A DNA stretch of 32,000 bases, from contig NC_006624.1 of assembly GCF_000009965.1 (NCBI RefSeq), positions 1,170,001 to 1,202,000 of the forward strand. Direction: 5' to 3'. The first letter of the stretch is position 1. Each line of letters begins with the position of its first letter. A model generated the notes under the pieces. That model had not been told where the DNA came from and did not search any database. It saw only the letters and a program-made list of their open reading frames with translations. Made by a program: the position numbers and the translations under genes. The DNA is from Thermococcus kodakarensis KOD1. GTDB lineage: Archaea; Methanobacteriota_B; Thermococci; Thermococcales; Thermococcaceae. Of this stretch, positions 25,814 to 31,635 are shown in pieces.

Positions 25814-26200
25814 ATGGCCGAGGATAAGGTTGATTTTGAGATACCTGAGACTCCCAAGGAGTCTCCAAAGGCCGTTGATAGGGAGTTACTGGAGACTTTG
25901 AATAAGGCGATAAAGGCTGTTGAGCGGCTTGGGGACAGGTATTTTGATGTTAGGGAGAAAGATATTACCTCCCGAAAGGAGCTTGAGCTGGAGAAGTACC
26001 GATACTGGAGCAGGACGGTTATCACTTTATCAATTCTTGCGATAACTCTGATTAGTGGGGTTCTGTACCTTGGTAATGAGAAGGTTCTGAGTAACGAGGG
26101 TGTTTCGTTTCTTCTTGGCACTATAGCTGGGTACCTGTTCAGCATCCTTGGCGGGCTTATCAGCGGCGGGGTTGTGAGGGAGAAGCGAGCTGAGGAGTGA
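25814..26200 (+). CDS. Hypothetical membrane protein (128 aa; coiled-coil N-terminus, 2 C-terminal TM)
   Basis: ATG 25814 after GGTGG. T/G-ending codon style like the rest of the element. It is the only plus-strand gene in this block. Confidence 0.5.
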   Translation: MAEDKVDFEIPETPKESPKAVDRELLETLNKAIKAVERLGDRYFDVREKDITSRKELELEKYRYWSRTVITLSILAITLISGVLYLGNEKVLSNEGVSFLLGTIAGYLFSILGGLISGGVVREKRAEE

Positions 26201-26201
26201 T

Positions 26202-26354
26202 TCACAGTTCCTCTAGGCATCTCTCTATCACCTTTATTGGAGTTAGGATAGTAGTTTTGACGGCCTTTCCTGTGGCCTCAACGGCTCCTGGAGCATATTT
26301 CTCTATCAGAATCCCGAGCAAGAGGCCGAGGCCTACCTTTTTGATGTCGTCCAT
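26202..26354 (-). CDS. 50-aa hypothetical protein (below ORF-track cutoff)
   Basis: Own translation: MDDIKKVGLGLLLGILIEKYAPGAVEATGKAVKTTILTPIKVIERCLEEL*. GGAGAGGTGAGAGA lies upstream. It is the last gene of the small-ORF operon. Confidence 0.4.
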   Translation of the reverse strand: MDDIKKVGLGLLLGILIEKYAPGAVEATGKAVKTTILTPIKVIERCLEEL

Positions 26355-26358
26355 TCTC

Positions 26359-26877
26359 TCACCTCTCCATCAGCCTCTTCAGAAACCTGTGAACCATCTC
26401 GCCGTGGTTGTAGCGTTCGGCCTTGTCCAGTGGAAGGAGAACTATCTTCCTCCCGTCGGCGAGCTTTCTCCTCACGGCGAGGCCTCTCTCGACCTTCCAG
26501 ACGAGCCACTTCACCCGCGTCTTGACCACGTAGAAGACGGGAACGCCGAGGTAGTTGCCGAGGTCCTCGAGGAAGGTGTATTGAGGCTCATCAAAGATGG
26601 CGTAGCCGTCGCTCTCCTGGAGCTGGTGGCGGTTTTTGACTTCGAGGAGCGCTATTGGCATGGCGTTCTTGAAGTCCCAGATGATCATGTCCACGTCGAA
26701 GACGCCGATCCTGGTGATGCCATACTTCTCCTTGGCCTCCTGGACGAGGTCTGAGAACTCTTCGTGTGCGCTGAATCCCTGAAGCTGGTTGAAGATGGCG
26801 CTTATGGTCTGCCTCCTTACTTTCCTGATCTCTCTGCTGGTCGTGATAAGGTTCCTCCTGTCGCCGTCGTTGGTCAT
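26359..26877 (-). CDS. Hypothetical protein (172 aa), possible PD-(D/E)xK nuclease fold
   Basis: GVFDVDMIIWD ... ALLEVKNRH gives a D...(E)xK arrangement with plausible spacing. The call rests on this motif only. Confidence 0.45.
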   Translation of the reverse strand: MTNDGDRRNLITTSREIRKVRRQTISAIFNQLQGFSAHEEFSDLVQEAKEKYGITRIGVFDVDMIIWDFKNAMPIALLEVKNRHQLQESDGYAIFDEPQYTFLEDLGNYLGVPVFYVVKTRVKWLVWKVERGLAVRRKLADGRKIVLLPLDKAERYNHGEMVHRFLKRLMER

Positions 26878-27062
26878 TCGACATCCCTCCTTTCCGGCCT
26901 GAGCATGGTCGTGATTTCGTACCGGTAATGTAGTACGCTACCAGCCTGCGAGCGGAGATACTCTAAAAGTAGCTCATCAGAACCGAGGATTGTCACTCCG
27001 TCGTACTCCCAGCACTTTGTTATTTCGTTGAACTTGTATCTGATGACAACCCACTCCGTCAT
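26874..27062 (-). CDS. Hypothetical small protein (62 aa)
   Basis: 4-nt overlaps at both ends. Host-like C/G-ending codons. Confidence 0.5.
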   Translation of the reverse strand: MTEWVVIRYKFNEITKCWEYDGVTILGSDELLLEYLRSQAGSVLHYRYEITTMLRPERRDVE

Positions 27063-27268
27063 GCTACCACCACCGCCGACGGGAGAGCATTTTTGACAAG
27101 CTCGATGGAGTCCTCGGGGACGTTGAGGATGACCGCGATGTCGTCCTCGATTGTAGTGATTTTCTCGACTTCAACGGGGACGATGATTCTAAGCTCCTCG
27201 ATTCTCTGGAGAGCCTTGGAGAATTCCGAGAGCTGGGAAACATCAAAATAGAGAACGGCGCGGGTCAT
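27059..27268 (-). CDS. Hypothetical small protein (69 aa)
   Basis: 4-nt overlaps at both ends. Confidence 0.5.
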   Translation of the reverse strand: MTRAVLYFDVSQLSEFSKALQRIEELRIIVPVEVEKITTIEDDIAVILNVPEDSIELVKNALPSAVVVA

Positions 27269-27615
27269 GCTCTCACCCCTGTTTCTTCTGGAAAGTTCCT
27301 GAGCTGTTCAAGCTCTGAGAAGCTGAAGCGCCTCACTCCAGTCTCCTCAACCGCGAGAATGCTTAAATCACTCTTTCCAGCCTTACTCCTCCTGACCTCG
27401 AGGTTGAGGTCCCTGACGATCTTCTCGATGTCGGCAGAGGTCGGAAGATCTCTCACGTGAACCTTCTCCCCACCCCTGAGGAGAAGATCCACCTCGATGT
27501 GTTCTCCGCCGCCGTAGAGGCTGTTCATGATGACGATCTGTTGAACTTCAGAGAGATCTACGAGCCTGATCTCAAACTCCTCCGCGAACCTGCCGAGAAC
27601 CGCCAGCCAGCTCAT
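27265..27615 (-). CDS. Hypothetical protein (116 aa)
   Basis: ATG 27615 (MSWLAVLGRFAEEF..) follows GGGTGAGGGA and overlaps the upstream stop as ATGA. The track start at 27765 would overlap the upstream gene entirely. Confidence 0.5.
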   Translation of the reverse strand: MSWLAVLGRFAEEFEIRLVDLSEVQQIVIMNSLYGGGEHIEVDLLLRGGEKVHVRDLPTSADIEKIVRDLNLEVRRSKAGKSDLSILAVEETGVRRFSFSELEQLRNFPEETGVRA

Positions 27616-27800
27616 TCCCTCACCCTCCCGAGGTTTTTGAGAGAGTAGCTCGAAAAAGGAAAGCTCTGTTTGACGATGAAGCGAGCCGTTCTCTCGGCTT
27701 CCTCCCGCGTCTTGGCTTGGATTATTATCTCGCGGTTTTCTCTCCCGTGTATTCTCACAAGCCATGCCTTGAGAACGGGTTTTCTCCCGCGCCTGCTCAT
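27612..27800 (-). CDS. Hypothetical small basic protein (62 aa)
   Basis: Start context GGAGGTGAGACCATG. Overlaps the upstream gene by 4 nt. Confidence 0.45.
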   Translation of the reverse strand: MSRRGRKPVLKAWLVRIHGRENREIIIQAKTREEAERTARFIVKQSFPFSSYSLKNLGRVRE

Positions 27801-28054
27801 GGTCTCACCTCCTCGAGAATGGCCGTTATCATCCTGACCAGCTCTTTCACATCTTCAATCTCTTCATCAAGCACCTCCGCCTTGAGGGCGTCTTCAAACA
27901 GCTCCGGAGGGTACATAGTGTCATTGTAGCCATACTTCCCTTCCTCTATAGCCACGTCTGCAACGAATTCCCTGGCTTCCCTCAGCCACTCCTCAAGCTC
28001 AGCCTTTTGCGATTGCAAGAGTTTCCTGAGCTTTTCCTCAAGGTCAGCAGTCAT
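27797..28054 (-). CDS. Hypothetical acidic helical protein (85 aa)
   Basis: Clean ORF with GAGGTGAGGG upstream. Confidence 0.5.
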   Translation of the reverse strand: MTADLEEKLRKLLQSQKAELEEWLREAREFVADVAIEEGKYGYNDTMYPPELFEDALKAEVLDEEIEDVKELVRMITAILEEVRP

Positions 28055-28066
28055 GCCCTCACCTCC

Positions 28067-28333
28067 TCACCAGTCCCCACCGACGTGTTTTGTGTCGTAG
28101 AACTCGATTTCGAGGAGTCCGTGCCTTATGTCGATGAGGACCTCCAGGTTGCGCTCCTTTGCGAATGTGAGGATTCTTTCCAGGTCCTCCCGGTACAGCT
28201 TTGAGGCATGTACCCTCAGCACGTAGCTGTCGTCAGCAGGCCAGTAGTTGTTGCCAACGCAGGGAGTCAGACCCATATCACCGAGGTAGCGGTGTAGATC
28301 CTTCATCAACTCCAGAACCTCCTCACGCCTCAT
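28067..28333 (-). CDS. Hypothetical protein (88 aa)
   Basis: Start context GGAGGGTGAGACCATG. Overlaps the upstream gene by 4 nt. Confidence 0.5.
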   Translation of the reverse strand: MRREEVLELMKDLHRYLGDMGLTPCVGNNYWPADDSYVLRVHASKLYREDLERILTFAKERNLEVLIDIRHGLLEIEFYDTKHVGGDW

Positions 28334-28563
28334 GGTCTCACCCTCCTGTAGTAGTTGCGCGGCCTCTTAGGGTGTGAGGCAGTTTTCTCCCGTTTCGGGA
28401 GATTTCTCCAGTTGTTGGCGGGGATGAATTCCCTGTACAGGTCGGCCGGGTAGAAGAGGCTGTCCTCGTCCAGGACCCAGTCGGCTTCGTCGAGCTTCTT
28501 CATGGCTTCCTCGAGGGGAAGCTCCCTCAACTCAAACACCGAGACAACGCGCATTGGCGACAC
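28330..28563 (-). CDS. Hypothetical protein (74-77 aa), first gene of the small-ORF operon; contains the inverted junction-module core
   Basis: Starts at GTG 28563 or ATG 28554, directly beside the iteron/promoter region, so it is probably leaderless or short-leadered. Confidence 0.5.
   Translation of the reverse strand: MSPMRVVSVFELRELPLEEAMKKLDEADWVLDEDSLFYPADLYREFIPANNWRNLPKREKTASHPKRPRNYYRRVRP
28386..28410 (+). repeat. Junction module core, copy C (inverted orientation, inside ORF 28330..28563)
   Basis: TCTCCCGTTTCGGGAGATTTCTCCA is the exact reverse complement of 23123-23147. Here it encodes NWRNLPKREK. Confidence 0.7.
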
Positions 28564-28712
28564 CTTGACATTTTTGTCAAAAATGTCATTAATGTCATCG
28601 CAAATAAGGTTTGTGGTAAAAATGTCGTCATTGTTTTTGATGTCATAATGTCATATATGTCAAAAATACAAAACCGTTAGGTATTTATGTCAAAAATGGC
28701 AAAATGTCTTAG
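28564..28712. promoter_or_regulatory. AT-rich divergent promoter / operator (or origin) region with TGTCA iterons
   Basis: Seven exact TGTCA on the plus strand (28575, 28584, 28593, 28641, 28649, 28658, 28688), one TGACA (28566-28570) forming TGACA-TTTT-TGTCA, and variants ATGTCG and ATGTCT. The 10-mer TGTCAAAAAT occurs three times (28575, 28658, 28688). Confidence 0.6.
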
Positions 28713-28907
28713 GTGGTGCTCGTGGCGAAGGTGGACAACGTCGAGATTGTTGGAAGGGTCAGCGCGAATGGGAGGGTTGTAATCCCGAAGGATATCCGGG
28801 ATCTTTTGAACATAGAAGATGGAGACTTTGTGAGGCTGGTGATCACAGAAGTCATAAAAGTGCCAAAATCTGCTAAAACAGGATCAAACAACAAGAAGAA
28901 GCGATGA
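28713..28907 (+). CDS. AbrB/SpoVT-family DNA-binding protein (about 62 aa)
   Basis: GRVSANGRVVIPKDIRDLLNIEDGDFVRLV is the looped-hinge-helix AbrB/MazE motif. GTG starts at 28713, 28716 or 28722. A TATTTAT box about 27 nt upstream suggests a leaderless mRNA. Confidence 0.75.
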   Translation: MVLVAKVDNVEIVGRVSANGRVVIPKDIRDLLNIEDGDFVRLVITEVIKVPKSAKTGSNNKKKR

Positions 28908-28916
28908 GGCCAAAGT

Positions 28917-28947
28917 CTTGAGGTTGTTCCGGTGGAGGGTTAGGTTT
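28917..28947 (+). repeat. Right-arm cassette-end motif, copy 1
   Basis: CTTGAG-GTTGTTCCGGTGGAGGGTTAGGTTT followed by a T-rich tract. Lies 10 nt after the AbrB stop. Confidence 0.65.
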
Positions 28948-29155
28948 ATTTTTCTTTTGTGAGTGCGTAGAGTAGGCCGAGGAGGAGGATTATCGCGAGG
29001 AGTGCGTTGAAGTCTTTTTGTTCTTCGGCGATTTTCTTTTCTTTTTCGAGGATTTGTGCGAGTTCTATGGCTTCGTCTCTGGTTATGGTTCCTGCTCGGA
29101 GTTTTTCGGTTAGTTCTCTTCTTCTTTGGACTTCTTCGAGTGTTAGTTTAGTCAT
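28946..29155 (-). CDS. Small protein (69 aa): helical N-terminus, C-terminal TM
   Basis: ATG 29155 after AGAGGTGA; overlaps the upstream stop. TM segment FNALLAIILLLGLLYAL. Confidence 0.5.
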   Translation of the reverse strand: MTKLTLEEVQRRRELTEKLRAGTITRDEAIELAQILEKEKKIAEEQKDFNALLAIILLLGLLYALTKEK

Positions 29156-29465
29156 GATGCTCACCTCTTATGATGCGGTTTTCGAGGTTTGCCAATTCTT
29201 TTTCGAGGGTTGTGAGAATTAGGGTGGGGAGGTCGTCTAAGCCTTTTTCTACTTTGCTCATTCTTTCTTTTAGGTCGAGGATGTTCTTGTTTATGTTTTC
29301 TATTGTCTTGTTCATTTTGTCGAATTGTTCGGTGTTTTCTTTTATTTTCTCTTCGTTCCTTGCTGAGCGTTCTCCGAGCTGGTAAACCCGTATGATCAGG
29401 AAGGAGATTATTATGCCGAGAACTGTGTTTGCTATTTGGGAGATGTCAATGTTTATTGTCGTCAT
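29148..29465 (-). CDS. Small membrane protein (105 aa): N-terminal TM plus long coiled coil
   Basis: ATG 29465 after GGTG. TM segment IANTVLGIIISFLIIRVY, followed by heptad-like K/E/N-rich sequence. Confidence 0.5.
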   Translation of the reverse strand: MTTINIDISQIANTVLGIIISFLIIRVYQLGERSARNEEKIKENTEQFDKMNKTIENINKNILDLKERMSKVEKGLDDLPTLILTTLEKELANLENRIIRGEHHD

Positions 29466-29549
29466 TTTTGGCACCGTTCATTATTTGGTGCTTCTTAAGA
29501 AAAACTTTTATCCAAGAATTCTCAATGAATTTTGGCGAGGTGATGAATT

Positions 29550-30056
29550 GTGGTTGGTATAGTCTCGTATTGGCAAGAGAGGTGGTGGGTTCTTGAACTT
29601 GTGGGAATGGTCTCATTGCCTGGTGTCATCTCGGGAGCGGTGGGAGCGTCTTTGTGGATGCTGACTGGGAACTTCTGGGTTTCAGTCCTTGTTGCTGGTG
29701 CTCTGTTGTTTTTCTTGACGCCTCCCTTCGAGGAGGAGGCCGTGAGATTCTTAAATAAGAGAACGAGAGGGATTGCAAGGGAAAAGGTTTCTAGTGTTCA
29801 ATCCAGCATTCAAGATGTGGTTAGGTCTGTAAAGGAGGAAAGGCCTGAGAACGATCCTGAGCGTAGGGAGTTGGAAGAGCTTCTTCGAAAGTTTAGGCGG
29901 TATGGTCCTGAGGCCTTGACTTGTAATGAATTCATGAGGTTGAAGTATTTGTTGGGAAAATACCGGCCGGGGGATGAAGATGTACTTCTCTTGGCGATGT
30001 ATGCTGTGGGAATGTTAGTTGGGTACAGGTGTTTTGGGAAGGGGTCTAAGACTTGA
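29550..30056 (+). CDS. Hypothetical membrane protein (168 aa)
   Basis: GTG 29550 with GAGGTGA 6 nt upstream. Two N-terminal TM helices, a charged middle region and a C-terminal hydrophobic helix. Coding strand is strongly C-poor. Confidence 0.5.
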   Translation: MVGIVSYWQERWWVLELVGMVSLPGVISGAVGASLWMLTGNFWVSVLVAGALLFFLTPPFEEEAVRFLNKRTRGIAREKVSSVQSSIQDVVRSVKEERPENDPERRELEELLRKFRRYGPEALTCNEFMRLKYLLGKYRPGDEDVLLLAMYAVGMLVGYRCFGKGSKT

Positions 30057-30083
30057 GAGTTGTTCTGGTGGGGGGTTAGGTTT
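30052..30083 (+). repeat. Right-arm cassette-end motif, copy 2
   Basis: CTTGAGAGTTGTTCTGGTGGGGGGTTAGGTTT followed by a T-rich tract. It contains the stop codon of ORF 29550..30056. Confidence 0.65.
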
Positions 30084-30114
30084 GCAGTAATTTTTTATTT
30101 TCGACAGATTTTTA

Positions 30115-30480
30115 ATGTTCTTTGTTGAGTTTTTATTGGTGGGAGAAGTGGGGAAGAGGAAGAAGCGTGCTGTTGTTCCTGCTGCTGTTCATCCGAGTGT
30201 TCCGGGTATGGGGACGATTACGGTTCAGCGTACTACGTCGGTTGAGATTGTTATTTCTGGTCCTCGGCCTTCTCCTGAGGAGGTGGATAAGTTGATTAAG
30301 GAGAAGACTCTTTCTCGTGAGGATGCTCTTGAGTTCTATGAGTCTTTGGTTGAGGATATTCGTGAGATGTATGGGACTGCCGATCTTGAGGAGCTTGAGA
30401 AGATGGCTATGGAAAGCGAGGATTTGTGGCTTGAGGAGCATGTTTGGGATCTGAGGATGTACCACGCGCTCAAGGGATGA
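30115..30480 (+). CDS. Hypothetical acidic protein (90-121 aa), candidate partner of the downstream TumE-like gene
   Basis: Alternative starts at GTG 30148 (after GGTGGGAG) or ATG 30208. Its stop lies 3 nt before the next ATG. Confidence 0.5.
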   Translation: MFFVEFLLVGEVGKRKKRAVVPAAVHPSVPGMGTITVQRTTSVEIVISGPRPSPEEVDKLIKEKTLSREDALEFYESLVEDIREMYGTADLEELEKMAMESEDLWLEEHVWDLRMYHALKG

Positions 30481-30483
30481 GCT

Positions 30484-31023
30484 ATGGATTCTGTTTTTGA
30501 GGTTCATTCTCGGCCGTTAGAGTCAGATGAGGATGTGTCCTCTTGGATTCGGGGGAAGGTTAGGGAGATTGTTGCTGATGTGGAGATGTTTAAGCGTAGT
30601 GGTGTTGTGAGGGATTATTGGATTGTTAGTGCTGATGGTATGTTGGATGTGAGGGGTGTTTTTCGGGATGGGACTGTTTTCGCTCTTCGTGTGAGTTTTA
30701 TGGTTGAGGATGTAAGCTTGGGGAAGATTGTGTTTTGTGATGTTAGTTTTTCGTGGGTTTCTCCTCATGAGAAGACGCGTAGGGTGCTTAGGAATGTGAG
30801 GGATTTGGGGAGGGAGTTTAGGTCTGTTAAGTTTAATCGTGCTTTTTCGGAGAAGGAGGGTGCTTCTATTTTGGTTCGGTGGGACAATAAGCCGTATCAT
30901 TCTGAGGCTGGGAGTTGGCCTTTTCACAAGCATTTTGGTGGGAGGAAGGTTCCTGCGAGTAGGTCTCAGGAGCAGTCGGTTGGCGGGTTTTTCGAGTTTG
31001 TGAAGGTTCATTTGGGTAGGTAA
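30484..31023 (+). CDS. DUF6516/TumE-like protein (179 aa), toxin-antitoxin-type toxin candidate
   Basis: ILVRWDNKPYHSEAGSWPFHKHFGG resembles the R(W/Y)DNAPHH...FPHHKH signature that I remember for the DUF6516/TumE family. Not verified by search. Confidence 0.45.
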   Translation: MDSVFEVHSRPLESDEDVSSWIRGKVREIVADVEMFKRSGVVRDYWIVSADGMLDVRGVFRDGTVFALRVSFMVEDVSLGKIVFCDVSFSWVSPHEKTRRVLRNVRDLGREFRSVKFNRAFSEKEGASILVRWDNKPYHSEAGSWPFHKHFGGRKVPASRSQEQSVGGFFEFVKVHLGR

Positions 31024-31026
31024 TGG

Positions 31027-31047
31027 GGTTGTTCTGGCGGTGGGTTT
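31027..31047 (+). repeat. Right-arm cassette-end motif, copy 3 (shorter)
   Basis: GGTTGTTCTGGCGGTGGGTTT followed by CACGTTCTTTTCG. Begins 4 nt after the stop of ORF 30484..31023. Confidence 0.55.
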
Positions 31048-31243
31048 CACGTTCTTTTCGTCATGTGTCGTTCCTGGTCGGAGGTCCTGCTGCCGAGCTG
31101 CTGCAGGACCAGGACAAAAAGAAGGCACGAGCGGGCTTTTTTGGTGTTCTTTTCTGTACTTTACGACGGGTGTCGGGTTAAAGTTGTTCAATTCGTAAGG
31201 CTTTTAGGCTAAAAATTTATAAAGTCTGGTGGGTGTTTTCGTC

Positions 31244-31564
31244 ATGGTAAAATCGTCTGGTGTGTCTGGACACTCCTATGCTGGGGAGCGGGAGCAGGCT
31301 GGAGCGCGGAAGCGGAGGAAGCCGAGGCGCCTTTCACCGCGTCTGCACATTACGCTACCGCCAGAGATATACTGGAAGGCCAAGGAGCGCTGGGATAACG
31401 TGAGCCGCGTGGTTGCGAGCTTGCTTGAGGTGGCTTTGTCTGAGGATTTGACGGTTGAGGAGGTCGTGACGGCGGTTACGCTTATTAGGAGCGGCGCTTT
31501 GGTGGTGAATTCGCCTTTGGGTGCGGGGGTTGCCGAGCCTGGTCAAAGGCGGTGGACTCAAGAT
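31244..31564 (+). CDS. int: SSV-type integrase N-terminal fragment Int(N); in the integrated state it reads on through the tRNA to a stop at 31660
   Basis: ATG 31244 lies about 25 nt downstream of TTTATAAA (31216-31223), suggesting a leaderless mRNA. The frame runs into the att core as ..AGVAEPGQRRWTQD and continues in phase at 12747. Confidence 0.8.
31523..31564 (+). repeat. attR: 42-bp direct repeat, the 5' half of the intact tRNA-Leu
   Basis: Identical to 12705-12746. Confidence 0.9.
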
Positions 31565-31610
31565 CCACTCCCGCAGGGGTTCCGGGGTTCAAATCCCCGC
31601 CCCCGCACCA
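31523..31610 (+). tRNA. tRNA-Leu (anticodon CAA), class II, genomically encoded CCA
   Basis: Hand-folded cloverleaf. Acceptor GCGGGGG/CCCCCGC. Anticodon stem GTGGA/TCCAC with loop CTCAAGA (CAA at 31559-31561). Long variable arm TCCCGCAGGGGTTC. T arm CGGGG-TTCAAAT-CCCCG. Discriminator A plus CCA. Confidence 0.9.
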
Positions 31611-31612
31611 CA

Positions 31613-31635
31613 GAAACTTTGCAGTGCAAAGTTTC
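31613..31635 (+). terminator. Palindrome GAAACTTTGCA-G-TGCAAAGTTTC just after the tRNA, followed by CCTTTTTAA (about 31651-31659)
   Basis: 11-bp perfect arms starting 3 nt after the CCA, with an oligo-T tract 17 nt further on. Confidence 0.4.

Larger units (their letters stand above)
12705..31564. mobile_element. Integrated 18.8-kb virus/plasmid-like element (TKV4/pTN3-like layout) in tRNA-Leu(CAA)
   Basis: Perfect 42-bp att repeats and a split SSV-type integrase that rejoins in frame. Carries MCM, a packaging ATPase, a candidate capsid gene and many small TM proteins. Codon usage and GC content differ from the flanks. Confidence 0.9.

Noticed and set aside
25600-26220. Minus-strand ORF of 206 aa spanning the mcm-upstream region
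   Set aside because: It has S/L/R/P-rich composition and no RBS. It overlaps the better supported plus-strand gene 25814..26200 and the short RBS-preceded ORF 25659..25754.
28560-28950. Switch of G/C and keto skew around 28.6-28.9 kb as independent evidence for a replication origin
   Set aside because: The skew largely follows coding-strand composition and gene orientation, and it is absent from the 26.2-28.5 kb operon on the same strand. It cannot be separated from transcription and codon effects by eye, so only the iteron and AT-richness argument was kept.
30133-31191. Minus-strand ORFs 30133..30507 (124 aa) and 30523..31191 (222 aa)
   Set aside because: They are antisense to the extremely G/T-rich plus-strand genes. 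Their translations are P/N/L/R/H/T-rich low complexity. The artefact is the same as above, with the strands swapped.
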